Shown in pieces: positions 24,978 to 34,777 of a stretch of 54,384 nucleotides of DNA. Position numbers and translations under genes: made by a program. Every line of letters starts with the position of its first letter. Within the stretch, counting starts at the first letter, position 1. Under the pieces are notes generated by a model. That model made no database searches. It was given only the letters and a program-made list of their open reading frames with translations, and was not told where the DNA came from. Origin of the DNA: a virus (lineage: Duplodnaviria > Caudoviricetes); the IMG/VR virus record IMGVR_UViG_3300044809_000029, positions 1 to 54,384 of that record. One strand, 5' to 3'.

Positions 24978-25708
24978 CGGGTCGCCACCGACACTTCCGT
25001 CGTGCCCGAGACGCGCTCCAAGTACAAGCTCGTGCCGTACGCGATGCCGTTCGTGAAGCTGTCGCGGATCGACTCGTTCGCCGCGAGGGAAACCGTCGCG
25101 AGGATCGTGCCGCCGGACCCGTCACGCAGTCGCAGGACCGCGCCGGCGGACGTGGTCGTCTCCCGGGCGCTGAAGCTCATCAGGCGCCCAGTGCCCGCGA
25201 CGAGTTGCCCAGAGGAGGTCGCGGCAGCGGAAGCGAACGGGGTGGCGCCCGTGAGGAGCGCCTGGATCGCCGCGAGAGCGGTGTTGGCCGTCCCCTGACC
25301 AGTGCCCGTCGACGGGTCGCTCGTGATCTTCGCGAGCACGGCCGCGAGAGTCGTCTGCGTCGCGGGGTCCGCGGTGAGCTTCGCGAGGACAGCCGCCAGC
25401 GTGGTCTGCGAGGCGAGACCCGCGGTGTTCGTCTCCAGTCCGTCGACCGACGCCAGAACCGAGGCGAGCGTGGCCTCCGTCGCCGGCGCGGCGATGATCT
25501 TCGCAAGGATCGAAGCCAGCGTCGCCTGCGTCGCGAGCGTCGCGAGGTCGAAGTCGTTGGCGACCCCGTCCCCGCCCGTCGCGAGCTTGATGATCTGCGC
25601 TTGGACGCCATCCTGCGCGGGAGGGGAGCCGTTGCGGCTCGTGACCTCATCGGTGAGGACACGGAACGGGTTGCCGTCGGCGTCCTTGAGCTTCGTGTCG
25701 TCAGCCAT
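24974..25708 (-). CDS. Virion structural protein with ATQTTLAAVLAK-type repeats
   Basis: Four to five imperfect helical repeats plus a beta-rich C-terminal domain. Confidence 0.75.
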   Translation of the reverse strand: MADDTKLKDADGNPFRVLTDEVTSRNGSPPAQDGVQAQIIKLATGGDGVANDFDLATLATQATLASILAKIIAAPATEATLASVLASVDGLETNTAGLASQTTLAAVLAKLTADPATQTTLAAVLAKITSDPSTGTGQGTANTALAAIQALLTGATPFASAAATSSGQLVAGTGRLMSFSARETTTSAGAVLRLRDGSGGTILATVSLAANESIRDSFTNGIAYGTSLYLERVSGTTEVSVATR

Positions 25709-25770
25709 CAGGCGCTCCTCCGTGCAGGGAGAACGAGGAAAGAGAAAAGAAAGAGGGGACCGCGCGCGTT

Positions 25771-25859
25771 AGCGGCGGTGATGCCACTCCGGGAGCTCAA
25801 GCCAGCCAGGGACGCGGATACGCCTCGGACGTGGCTCAAGCTCCTCGGGGAGCGGCGGT
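25771..25859 (-). terminator. Long imperfect hairpin after the capsid genes, followed by a pyrimidine tract
   Basis: GGAGCTTGAGCCA/TGGCTTGAGCTCC stem on the minus strand; CTCTTTCTTTTCTCTTTCC tract at about 25737-25756. Confidence 0.5.
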
Positions 25860-26236
25860 TACTGCGTGTCGTCGCCCGCGTCGTGCGCGAGCAGGCTGTC
25901 CACGAGATCGTCCTTGAGGACGCGCCCGTTGGCGCCCGTGCCCTTCACGTCGAGACCGCGACGCTCCGCCTCCGCCTTCAGATCGGCGGGGCTGTGCGCC
26001 TCGTAGTCGCCGGTGATCCCGGCGAGTGACGGGGTCTCGTGCGGCTCGCGCTCCGAAGGAACGGGCTCGCTCGACGCGGCCGTGACCGGCTCGCTGGACG
26101 TGAACGCGCCCAGCTCGTCGCCGCGCGTGATCTCCTCCTCGGAGAGGTCGACCTTCTCCCCCTGGTAGGCGACCCGACGGGAACCGCCGGGCGCCTTGTA
26201 GGAGTAGAAGACGTGTCGGATCGTTCGCTGAGGCAT
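25859..26236 (-). CDS. Capsid-adjacent protein with SAP/E3-binding-like C-terminal domain
   Basis: DLKAEAERRGLDVKGTGANGRVLKDDLV. Confidence 0.75.
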   Translation of the reverse strand: MPQRTIRHVFYSYKAPGGSRRVAYQGEKVDLSEEEITRGDELGAFTSSEPVTAASSEPVPSEREPHETPSLAGITGDYEAHSPADLKAEAERRGLDVKGTGANGRVLKDDLVDSLLAHDAGDDTQ

Positions 26237-26241
26237 ACCGA

Positions 26242-27153
26242 TCAGGCCTGCAGGCCGGTGACCTCGAGGATCGCGAACGGGTCGGTGACGTACATGATCG
26301 GCAGCACGAACGACTGGAACCAGTCGCCCTGGCGGCCGTCCTTGTCGCGCCACGTCTCCGTCGTGAGGGGCATCTCGTAGCCGAGCTCGCCGACCTGTCC
26401 GGCGGCCAGGAAGTACGCGGAGCCGCCGGCCTTGCGGTTGGTGACCCACACGTTGTTGATCCCGGTGTCAGCGAGGACCGCCCGCGCCTGCGCCGCCGTC
26501 GCGCCGACCGCCATGCGGAAGTTCCGCCAGTCGACCGGGTTGACGATCATCGTGTCGTACTCGTAGCCGAGCTCGGTCTGCTCGACGGACTGCTGCACGA
26601 GCGTGAGATCGCTGATCGGCAGCGCGTTCGGTGCCGCGGTCGTCATGGTGAGCGCGGTCGCGTCCCCCCACGAGGAGCCGGTGGCCGTGCGGGAGTTCGC
26701 GGTGATCGCCGCCGCCAGCTCCGTGAGCGCGCGCTGCTGGACCTTGCGCACGATCGTGTTCGACAGCCGGGTGATGTCGCGCTGCACGCGACCGATGCGG
26801 TTGCGGCGACGTGCCTCGTCGGAGACGACGAACTTGCCGCCGAACTTCTCGACCTGCGCCGTGAGCGGGGCCGGGCGATCGAAGGTGATCTCCGGGAACT
26901 CACCGAGCGGCTCGACGCGCTGCACGTCACGGGTGGCGTACAGGTCGTTGGTGGTCGCCTGGTCGTAGATCACAGCGCCGCCGGTGATGTCACCGGCCGG
27001 GCTGAAAATCCGGTCGACCATGAACTTCTGCAGCGCGAGGTTGCTGATCGCTCGCGTGACGCGCGTGACGTCGTCGAGCAGCCAGTCCACGGTGTACGTG
27101 GTGCCCGACAGCGTCGGGGGAGCGAGGGGATAGGTGAGTGCGTCGTCAGCCAT
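26242..27153 (-). CDS. Major capsid protein (HK97 fold)
   Basis: VEPLGEFP...VEKFGGKFVVSDEARRRN; position after decoration and scaffold genes. Confidence 0.88.
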   Translation of the reverse strand: MADDALTYPLAPPTLSGTTYTVDWLLDDVTRVTRAISNLALQKFMVDRIFSPAGDITGGAVIYDQATTNDLYATRDVQRVEPLGEFPEITFDRPAPLTAQVEKFGGKFVVSDEARRRNRIGRVQRDITRLSNTIVRKVQQRALTELAAAITANSRTATGSSWGDATALTMTTAAPNALPISDLTLVQQSVEQTELGYEYDTMIVNPVDWRNFRMAVGATAAQARAVLADTGINNVWVTNRKAGGSAYFLAAGQVGELGYEMPLTTETWRDKDGRQGDWFQSFVLPIMYVTDPFAILEVTGLQA

Positions 27154-27181
27154 CTCAGGTTCCTTTCAGGCCCGCGATGGC

Positions 27182-27586
27182 CTAGTTGAGCTTCACGTAG
27201 ACGTCGTTGCCGTTCGTGCCAGCGGTGACGGCGATCCCCGCGGGGACGCCGGACGCGAGCACGACGGCCTGACCGGCGGTGCCGACCTCGACCTGGGCGC
27301 CGACGGCGATGGTGCCGGCGGCGGTGACGGGGACGATCCGGCCGGGGGTGCCGATAACGCGGCCCTTGGCGCCGGACGCCACGTCGTAGGCGGACACGCC
27401 GAACGCCTTCGCGGCGGCCGTGGTGTGCGCCATGCGGAGGTTCGAGCCCTCCGACGTCGCGGAGAGACCGGGGCCGGACGTGATGTCGGCCGAAGGGGAG
27501 ACGAAACGCTTCCCGGTGACGGCAGCCGTCGCCTGGAAAGTGATGTCGCTCGTCTCGTAGAGCGGGAAGCAGGTGTTCGCGGGCAT
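27182..27586 (-). CDS. Capsid decoration/cement protein (DUF2190-like)
   Basis: ITFQATAAVTGKRFV...FGVSAYDVASG...IVPVTAAGTIAVGAQV. Confidence 0.82.
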   Translation of the reverse strand: MPANTCFPLYETSDITFQATAAVTGKRFVSPSADITSGPGLSATSEGSNLRMAHTTAAAKAFGVSAYDVASGAKGRVIGTPGRIVPVTAAGTIAVGAQVEVGTAGQAVVLASGVPAGIAVTAGTNGNDVYVKLN

Positions 27587-27611
27587 GAGTTCCCCTCCTG
27601 GGGAGCGGGGT

Positions 27612-28238
27612 CTAGGTCTGAAGCTCGTCCCGCGAGCGGAGCTGCGGGAAGATCGCCGCGAATGCGGCGGCCTCGTCGGCTGGTTGCGCCGCCTCTTGGC
27701 GGGCGCCCTGGTGCTGGTCCACGGTGTGCGTGTCCGTGGTGGGCGTCGCGCCCTTGAACAGGTCCTCGCCGTATTCAGCCGTCGCGGCCGTGATGGCGTC
27801 CTTGAGGTTCTGCGGCTCGTCGGCGTCGTCGTATTCGACGCTGTCGAGGAGTCGAGCGGCGGCCTTGGCCTTGCCGCCCGTGAGGCCCTCTTCGGCGAGG
27901 GCCATGAGGAGATGGGCGCGGCGGAGCTTCTCGGTCGCCTTCGCGGCGAGTGCCTGCCCGTCCTCGGCCTGCTTCTTGAGCTTCTCCGTCTCGGAGAGCT
28001 TGTCCTCTTCGAGCTTGTCGAGCTTGGCTTGCGCGTCGCGCGCTGCCTTCTCGGCCGTCTTGCGGGCGGTGTCGGCTTCCTTGCGTGCCGCGCGTTCGGC
28101 TTCGAGTGCGCGGTGCCCGGCCTCGCCGAGCTTGTCCTTCTCCGCCTGCTCAGCGGCCTTCTTCTCGTCCGCAGCCTTCTTAGCGGCGGCTTCCTGCTCA
28201 GCCTTCGCGGCCTCTGCAGCGGGGTCGGTGTCGGGCAT
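27612..28238 (-). CDS. Scaffolding protein
   Basis: LGEAGHRALEAERAARK; A/E/K-rich coiled coil; KLSETEKL. Confidence 0.85.
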   Translation of the reverse strand: MPDTDPAAEAAKAEQEAAAKKAADEKKAAEQAEKDKLGEAGHRALEAERAARKEADTARKTAEKAARDAQAKLDKLEEDKLSETEKLKKQAEDGQALAAKATEKLRRAHLLMALAEEGLTGGKAKAAARLLDSVEYDDADEPQNLKDAITAATAEYGEDLFKGATPTTDTHTVDQHQGARQEAAQPADEAAAFAAIFPQLRSRDELQT

Positions 28239-28342
28239 CGCGCCGTCCTCCTGGTATGAGCCCGTCGCATCGCGCGGCGGGCGAGTGAACCGGCGACATC
28301 GCCGGAGCGGTCTTGGTCCGCGCCTGAGGCGCGGCGAAGTTG

Positions 28343-29164
28343 TTAGGTCAGTGCCGCGAGCGGCGACTCGGTGATCCCGTCGTGCTCGTGGAGCATCGGA
28401 ACGGACGCGATCAGCGCATCGAACGGCACGGCGCCCGAGCGGATCAGGCTGGCCTTCTCAGACCCGAGGAGCAGATCCTGCTCCGTCGGCGTCAACGCGT
28501 CGAACGTCTCCCGCCCTGTGGGCCGGTGGATCGTCTCGCGGACACCGTCGACTACCGGCTCGGCTTGGCAGCGACAGAAACGGTGGTTGCGGAGCACGTC
28601 GCCCTTGCGTTCGACCGCGCCCGTAGCGGACGCGAGACAAGCGCCGCACGCCCCCGCCGCCGTAACGCGACGCCACCCCTTGATCTGCTCGTCCAACGTC
28701 ATCAGGTCGTGCAGAGCAGCCCGTGGAGCCGCGAGGGACTCCGTTGCGACGACGCGGACAGCGCGGTTGCGGCCCATTCTCAGCGCCTCCGCTTCGTTGC
28801 GGCCCTGCGCTAGCGCGATCTTGGTCGTGATGAGCGCGCCGGCAAACGCCTTCACCAGCGGCTGCCCCGATGAGTCGCTCCCGGCGTACCGGGCCGTATC
28901 GACCGGCTGGGTCGATGTTGGGCGACCTAGTTCGGCGGAGACGTACCCCGCGAGATACGCGCCCGAGAAGCCCGCTCCGAGAGCCTGCGCTCGCTCGAGC
29001 ACAAGAGCCGCCGTTGTGGACCACTGCTCGAAGGTGCCGTTGAGGTCCCGTGCGCTGATCTGCTGCCATCGCGTGACTGACGCGGCCACGGCCTGCTGGC
29101 GGATCGTGAGCAAGCGCGCGCGGTAGGCGTCCGTGAGTTGCACGGCCCGCTGGGTGGCGGGCAC
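28343..29164 (-). CDS. MuF-like minor head protein
   Basis: GWRRV...ACGAC...HRFCRC. Confidence 0.78.
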   Translation of the reverse strand: MPATQRAVQLTDAYRARLLTIRQQAVAASVTRWQQISARDLNGTFEQWSTTAALVLERAQALGAGFSGAYLAGYVSAELGRPTSTQPVDTARYAGSDSSGQPLVKAFAGALITTKIALAQGRNEAEALRMGRNRAVRVVATESLAAPRAALHDLMTLDEQIKGWRRVTAAGACGACLASATGAVERKGDVLRNHRFCRCQAEPVVDGVRETIHRPTGRETFDALTPTEQDLLLGSEKASLIRSGAVPFDALIASVPMLHEHDGITESPLAALT

Positions 29165-29165
29165 C

Positions 29166-29321
29166 CTACGGCTTCCTGGGCCAGCCCGGATCGCCCTGCA
29201 ACATGCACACGATCTCGAACCCGTCGAGTGGGCACACGAACGTCACCGGGCCGGGGATGATCGCCTGGCCTCGCTTGGGGACCAAGTCGAAGAACTCGCA
29301 CACCGGGCACTGAAGGCTCAT
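29166..29321 (-). CDS. Small Cys-containing protein (51 aa)
   Basis: Translated by hand [11 protein letters not shown]...FVCPLDG; ATGA overlap with the portal stop. Confidence 0.5.
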   Translation of the reverse strand: MSLQCPVCEFFDLVPKRGQAIIPGPVTFVCPLDGFEIVCMLQGDPGWPRKP

Positions 29322-30769
29322 GCGGCCACCGGAAGCTCAGGCGCGGCCGACGGGATGGTGCCGTTGTTCGTCGTGTCCGGGCTGAACAGGGATGCGAGCT
29401 GCGCGTCCTGCATCTCCTGCTCTCGCAGCCGCTTCAGACGAGCGATCTCGGAGGGTCCGTAACCGGCCTCCTCCATGAGCGCCTGCCACGGCACGCCGAT
29501 CTGCTGCTTCTTCACGAGCGAGTCAGCGATCACGCCGGGCGCGCGGGACTCCGGATCGCGCCAGATCGTGTCAGCGTCCATGACCTCGGACTTCCGGCGG
29601 TCCGCGGTCACGTCAGCGCCCGTCGCGAACGAGCGCCACTTGAACGCGAGACGCATCGCCTCCTCCCACGAGTCAGCGAAGTCCAGTTGCTTGCGACGCA
29701 CCTTAGCGACCAACCCGGTCTCCGCCGCCTTCAGGGCATCGCCGGAGAGGTTGACCATCTTCGCGAGCAAGTAATGAGGCGGCGTGCGGGTCTGCGCGGC
29801 GATGTGCTGCACCGCGAGCTCCACGCCGTGAACGTAGTTTCCGAGATCACCCGGGGAGAGGTCATAGGCCTTCGCGTTGGGGTCCTCGAAGACGAGCATC
29901 CGTGAGACGGCCATCTCGATCGGCACAGGCATCGGCTGACCCGCCTGCGGGTGCCCCTCCGGGAACCTGGGGACCTCCACGCCGGACAGCACGCGCTGAC
30001 GGAACGCCTGGTACTCGGACGCGACGATCATGTCCGTGAAGAACTTATTCGCCGCGTCGTTGAGTCGGATCGCGGGTCGCAGATCGCTCACGCCTCCGTC
30101 CAGCAGCCCGGGAGTGTTCGCCATCGGCACAATCGGCACAATCCCGAGCGGGTTCGCCGTACGGCCCACGAGCTGCTGCTCACCAGTCGAGACTGGCAAC
30201 TCCACGCCGAGCGCCGCAACCCTGCCGGCCGCTCCATCAGAGCGCCAGAGGTACGTGAAATCGGGCAGGTAGAGAACGATGACCGTGGAGCCGTCGAAGT
30301 CCCGGTAGCGCTTCAGCGCCGCGAGGCGGGTCTGCGGATCGGACGGGTCGACCTCAACGATGACCTGCGACGGATGCTCCACGCGTATCCGCGGCACACC
30401 GTTCGGACCAGGCCCGACGGACAGGTAGGAGACCATGCACTTCCCGGCCTCCGTGTGCGCCTTCAGCGACTCCGCGTCCAGCCGGTTGGCCTGCCAGATC
30501 TTCCAGGCGTCCATGTCCGCCTCGTCCGTGTCGAAGCGGAAGCCCTGCACCGCAAGCCGCTCAGCGGGGGAGTCGACGACGAGCCCGCACCAGTTCGTCG
30601 CGAACTCCTGGAAGAGGACCCCGAACGCTTCCTTGAACTTCGACGTAGCGAAGCTCAGACGGTGATTGCCCGCGTAGTACGCCTCGTAGAGATCGACCTT
30701 CGGTTGGCGCGCGCTCAGCTTCTGCTCAAGCAGGCTCCGCCACGCGTCCGGTGTCAGGTCCCGCGGCAC
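29318..30769 (-). CDS. Portal protein (SPP1 gp6-like)
   Basis: YYAGNH...[12 protein letters not shown]...[10 protein letters not shown]...[14 protein letters not shown]. Confidence 0.92.
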   Translation of the reverse strand: MPRDLTPDAWRSLLEQKLSARQPKVDLYEAYYAGNHRLSFATSKFKEAFGVLFQEFATNWCGLVVDSPAERLAVQGFRFDTDEADMDAWKIWQANRLDAESLKAHTEAGKCMVSYLSVGPGPNGVPRIRVEHPSQVIVEVDPSDPQTRLAALKRYRDFDGSTVIVLYLPDFTYLWRSDGAAGRVAALGVELPVSTGEQQLVGRTANPLGIVPIVPMANTPGLLDGGVSDLRPAIRLNDAANKFFTDMIVASEYQAFRQRVLSGVEVPRFPEGHPQAGQPMPVPIEMAVSRMLVFEDPNAKAYDLSPGDLGNYVHGVELAVQHIAAQTRTPPHYLLAKMVNLSGDALKAAETGLVAKVRRKQLDFADSWEEAMRLAFKWRSFATGADVTADRRKSEVMDADTIWRDPESRAPGVIADSLVKKQQIGVPWQALMEEAGYGPSEIARLKRLREQEMQDAQLASLFSPDTTNNGTIPSAAPELPVAA

Positions 30770-31427
30770 TTAGTAGCAGCCCCGCATCGACTTCGCCCGC
30801 GTAACGTTCAAGGACAGCGCGAGCCCAAGCCACGAGTTCTGTCGGCCGTTGCCCTGAGGGGTGGGTCGACGACCACAGTTCGAGGTTCTCGATGCGGTTG
30901 TCGGCGCGGTCGCCGTTGCGGTGGTGGACTGATTCATCTGGCCGCAGCTCCCTTCCAAGGTGTCGCGCCATGACGACACGGTGCTCGAACTGCGATCCGA
31001 TTCGTCGGTAGCCGAGCGGCGAGATGGAGCCCGACCCGGCCGCAGCCCGCGTGAGCACCAGTGGGTCGCCGGATTTACGCCACCGCCAGTAGTGCAGAGG
31101 GCACCACCCGCGCGAACTTGCGACGCGTTCACACGACTCGACAGCGCATTTGACGTGCGCGCTCTTGCGGACGTATCCACGCTGATACTCGCGTTGGTAG
31201 TGCTTCGGGCACAGGCCTCGCGCGAGCGGTGTGAGATCGCAGCCAGGCTCCGTACATGCCGTGGGCAAGGAATCCCTGATGGGTCTGCCTGCGGCCGGAT
31301 CGCCCCAACGTTTCAGCCGCGCGTAATGCGGGCCGCAGTATCCGCGAGCCCGATGAGTTCGCTCGCATCCTTCGACGGCGCACTGTGGATTCGTCACGCT
31401 CACAACTTTACAGCGAGGAGTGGACAT
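30726..31427 (-). CDS. HNH homing endonuclease with three C-x4-C...C-x2-H repeats
   Basis: CAVEGC..GYCGPHY x3; EHRVVM...[16 protein letters not shown]. Confidence 0.88.
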   Translation of the reverse strand: MSTPRCKVVSVTNPQCAVEGCERTHRARGYCGPHYARLKRWGDPAAGRPIRDSLPTACTEPGCDLTPLARGLCPKHYQREYQRGYVRKSAHVKCAVESCERVASSRGWCPLHYWRWRKSGDPLVLTRAAAGSGSISPLGYRRIGSQFEHRVVMARHLGRELRPDESVHHRNGDRADNRIENLELWSSTHPSGQRPTELVAWARAVLERYAGEVDAGLLLSAAGPDTGRVAEPA

Positions 31428-31441
31428 ACGGGGAGGGGACG

Positions 31442-33025
31442 CTATAGGTAGGCTAAAGCTCGCGACCGCCTAGAAGCGCCCGCCGCGATGGCGTCCCCGC
31501 GGCACTCCCACGAGAGGACAGCGGCCATCGCCGCGTCGATCTTCCGCGGGGAGTCATGCCGGTCCTTCGCGAGCGTGTGCATCTGCTGGTGGCGCTCATC
31601 CCACACGTTGACCTTGCGCTTGCGCGCGTGCCGGATGTGAGCGTCGAACGTCGCCTCCCCCGGGTGGGAGAGATCACCGGACCCGATCGCGGTCGCGTAG
31701 TTGCGGACAGCCGCGGCGATCTGCCGGTCCCGGTTCGTTGTCCACACCAGGACGCGCTTGTCGCCCCACCGGCCCTGCCACGCGTCCACGAGATGCTCGA
31801 TGTACTGCGGGTCGACGTACGCGCGCCACACGTCGAACCGCTCGAACGCCTCGCGCATCGCAGCGTCAACGTCATGAAACGGATGCTCGTACTCCGGAGG
31901 GGCGCTGGGAGGGCGTTCGATGATCCCGAGCGGCCACTGGTAGCCCGTCAGGATCTCCGTCGCGATCACGGCGATGGAATCGCGGTTGCGGGCACCATCG
32001 ACACCCACAACGATCAAGCCACCCGGGGCGGGTTCGTGCGCGACCGCGAGATCGTGCCAACGGTCAATGTCGAACGCGGCGCTCTCACCGGCCATCTTGC
32101 GGTTCAGGAAGAATCGCTCCGCCTGCGCCGGGTCATGCTCGAGCAGCGCAACGATCTCCGAGTCGATCCGGTCAAGATCAATCCACGGCTTCACAGCGCC
32201 GATCACGCCGTCGCGGGTCCCGGAGCAGGAGTCGCGGTAGACGCGTTTGAGCATCCGGCGGCGCTCCGCCTTGTTCCTTACCGAGCCCGGGCCGGGCTCA
32301 ACGTCGTCGTGGTAGACGCCCGGTTCCTCAGCGGTCTGCTGCGCCACCGAGTTCTCAACGGGGTCCCACGCGTTCGGGGTCTCCACGAACCGGCCGCCCA
32401 TGCCCGCGAGGCCGCGCCGCTGGTTGTCAGCGAGCGCGCGGCCGGCGTTCGTGCGATACCACGACTCGGTCTGATCCTGCACCGTGAAAGTGATCCGCTG
32501 CCCGAGCCGGGAGAGCGCCGCAGCTGTGACCGGCTCGATCAGGCCACCGGAAGGGAGGTTGATGCGGGTCTTGCCCGTGTCCGGGATGTCCGCGCGGATA
32601 CTGCCGAGTTCGATCATCGGCAGGAGCGCTCGAAAGACGTTCGCGGTCTGATCCTCCGAGACAGCGGTGACCTGAATGTGCGGTGACGGCCACGGCTTCC
32701 CGACCGGCTCCCCTTCTGCGTCCCACCCAGCGAACAAGACGGGGCCCTCCGGGTCAGCTTCCGCGCAGATGATCGCCGCGCTGAACGGGCCCTTCCCCCA
32801 CTTCTGCGGCCGGACGAGCTGCGAGCCGCGATCCCAATGAAACCGCTCAGTCTCCGGGTCGATCCGGTAGTGGTGCAGGAGGAACCGCAACATCTCGTCC
32901 GTCAGCAGGAACGGCTCGCCGGCTCGTTCACCGTCCGGGATCGCGCACTTCGCCTCGATCAGGTCCGCTACGAGATACCCGAGCGTCGGGAACTCCCCGG
33001 GGACCCGGGCGCCACGCCACGGCAT
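31442..33025 (-). CDS. terL: Terminase large subunit
   Basis: RPQKWGKG Walker A, VQDQTE Walker B-like, GVDGA...KIDAAMA nuclease motifs. Confidence 0.92.
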   Translation of the reverse strand: MPWRGARVPGEFPTLGYLVADLIEAKCAIPDGERAGEPFLLTDEMLRFLLHHYRIDPETERFHWDRGSQLVRPQKWGKGPFSAAIICAEADPEGPVLFAGWDAEGEPVGKPWPSPHIQVTAVSEDQTANVFRALLPMIELGSIRADIPDTGKTRINLPSGGLIEPVTAAALSRLGQRITFTVQDQTESWYRTNAGRALADNQRRGLAGMGGRFVETPNAWDPVENSVAQQTAEEPGVYHDDVEPGPGSVRNKAERRRMLKRVYRDSCSGTRDGVIGAVKPWIDLDRIDSEIVALLEHDPAQAERFFLNRKMAGESAAFDIDRWHDLAVAHEPAPGGLIVVGVDGARNRDSIAVIATEILTGYQWPLGIIERPPSAPPEYEHPFHDVDAAMREAFERFDVWRAYVDPQYIEHLVDAWQGRWGDKRVLVWTTNRDRQIAAAVRNYATAIGSGDLSHPGEATFDAHIRHARKRKVNVWDERHQQMHTLAKDRHDSPRKIDAAMAAVLSWECRGDAIAAGASRRSRALAYL

Positions 33026-33544
33026 CTACGCCGCCGACGGATCGACCGCGTGCAACACCCGAACCCGCGCGCCCTTCTCCGGCTTCTCCTCCACAACCTC
33101 AGCGATCGACCACCGCAGATCCGCCATCGCCTTCGCGTTGAGCCCGAACCGGTTGTCGAGCTCGCGCATCTCCCGCATCACGCTCACGCGCCCACCAGCG
33201 AGAGCCTTCAGCCGTCGGACGAGCGAGTCGACGCGCTTCGCGACATCCCGATCCTCCTCGTCGACGCTCATGAAGTCCGAGAGATCGAACGCCTCCGCCT
33301 CATCCAGAGCATGGACGTCATCCTCGAGCTGAGCCCTACGAGCCAGGCCGTACAACGCGCCAGCATCCCAGGCCGTTGCCTGCGGAAGCTTCCAAGCCCA
33401 CGCCCACCACGCCGCCCCTGCCTCCCCCAACACATACGGCGGCTCAGGCGCACGACCCGAACGGCCAGCAACCGGAAGCTCCGTCGTCGAAATCGTCGGC
33501 GCGTTACGCCTACGAGCATTCGGCTGAGGCAAAGGACCAGGCAT
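33026..33544 (-). CDS. terS: Terminase small subunit
   Basis: MPGPLP...RRRN...EMRELDNRFGLN...LRW; directly upstream of terL. Confidence 0.85.
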   Translation of the reverse strand: MPGPLPQPNARRRNAPTISTTELPVAGRSGRAPEPPYVLGEAGAAWWAWAWKLPQATAWDAGALYGLARRAQLEDDVHALDEAEAFDLSDFMSVDEEDRDVAKRVDSLVRRLKALAGGRVSVMREMRELDNRFGLNAKAMADLRWSIAEVVEEKPEKGARVRVLHAVDPSAA

Positions 33545-33552
33545 CGCGAACC

Positions 33553-34095
33553 TCAGAACCCGTACAAACCGCGAACGGCCCCCGTTGCGGCGTGAGCAGG
33601 TAGGCGTTCGGGGTAGGCCCCACCCTTGCGGTAGCGGGTGACTCTGTTGGCCTTCGCTTTGCCTGTACGGATGGGTGTTGGTCCGAGGTCGTTGGTGCGC
33701 GCCATCTGCTGCTCCAGTTCGTCTCGCTCGGGGCGCATGGCTGCGTAGAGGAGGTGGCCGAGGAGGGAGCGGTCACCCTTGGCTCCGTTGCAGGCAGCGC
33801 AGGCCGAGGTGTAGTTGGTCCAGTTGTTCTCGCCGCCCTTGCGGTAGGGCACGATGTGGTCCGTGTGCTGAGCGGTAGCTCCGCAGTAGGCGCAGGGATC
33901 GTTGGCGAGCACGGCGTAATAGCGGCCGGTGTCGACATCGCCGATGCGGAAGTCCCATGCTTGGCTGGGAGTGCGTGCCCGTGCGCGCCTTTTCTGCGCG
34001 GCTCTCATGCAGCTTCGGGCGCAGTAGCGTTGGTTGGCTCTGCTGGGATGGAAGGGCTTGCGGCAGCCGCTGTGGGCGCAGGTAGCCTTGCGCAT
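33553..34095 (-). CDS. HNH endonuclease
   Basis: CAYCG...DHIVP..KGG....N...C..CN..K; N-terminal Zn finger. Confidence 0.85.
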   Translation of the reverse strand: MRKATCAHSGCRKPFHPSRANQRYCARSCMRAAQKRRARARTPSQAWDFRIGDVDTGRYYAVLANDPCAYCGATAQHTDHIVPYRKGGENNWTNYTSACAACNGAKGDRSLLGHLLYAAMRPERDELEQQMARTNDLGPTPIRTGKAKANRVTRYRKGGAYPERLPAHAATGAVRGLYGF

Positions 34096-34155
34096 GGCGA
34101 ACCTCCTTCGTGGGTTCGTCCGGCCCCGGAGCGTGGGAGCGCTGCCGGGGCGTTT

Positions 34156-34461
34156 CTATGTGGTGGGTCGTGCTCGGGCGCCGCGGCTGAAGTTGCAGTG
34201 AGCGCAGGCGGGAACGAGGTTCTCGCGCGTGCTCCTACCGCCTTGGCTTACGGGGATCAGATGATCGGGCGTGGTGGCCGGCTTACCGCACCAGTGGCAG
34301 GGCGGCTTGTCGCGCTTGATCCTGGAGCGGATGGCGCGGTAGTTGGCGAGGCCGGTTTCGCGGCTGCTGGGGGAGCGCCTGTCCTTCGGGGGATGCGTCG
34401 GGCAGGGCTCGCCTGGGCCTATGAGGTTCGGGCAACCAGGGATCGCGCACACCGAGGTCAT
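34156..34461 (-). CDS. Terminase-associated HNH endonuclease
   Basis: CAIPGCP...CPTH; CHWCG...DHLIP..GG....NL...C..CN. Confidence 0.85.
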   Translation of the reverse strand: MTSVCAIPGCPNLIGPGEPCPTHPPKDRRSPSSRETGLANYRAIRSRIKRDKPPCHWCGKPATTPDHLIPVSQGGRSTRENLVPACAHCNFSRGARARPTT

Positions 34462-34580
34462 GTGCCGATGCCTTTGCGCCACAGCCACCTTCGCCATGCG
34501 GGCCAAGCGACGTAGCGCTTGAGGGTCGCTGCGAGTTCCGGTGGGAGGTCGTGGATCTGGCCGGCGATGAGGACGATCAT
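34458..34580 (-). CDS. Small hypothetical protein
   Basis: ATGA overlaps on both sides. Confidence 0.45.
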   Translation of the reverse strand: MIVLIAGQIHDLPPELAATLKRYVAWPAWRRWLWRKGIGT

Positions 34581-34777
34581 GCGACCCTGAGTTCTTCGGT
34601 CTTGGCTTGGGCTCGCGTGGTGCGGTCGTGTTCGGCGAGGCGGTCGTCTGCTGATACGGCTGCTTCGAGGGCGGACGCGCGCCGTTCCTCTAGAGCGTTG
34701 GTGATGCAGAGGGTGCGGTAGCGGTCCCATGCTGCTGCGGTTGTGCTGGCGAGCTGGTGACGGGGATCGGGGCTCAC
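34577..34777 (-). CDS. Hypothetical protein
   Basis: GTG start overlaps the stop of the IS-split gene. Confidence 0.55.
   Translation of the reverse strand: MSPDPRHQLASTTAAAWDRYRTLCITNALEERRASALEAAVSADDRLAEHDRTTRAQAKTEELRVA

Noticed and set aside
30726-31441. Group I intron or intein carrying the HNH
   Set aside because: terL and portal both look complete and there is no flanking non-coding space for intron structure
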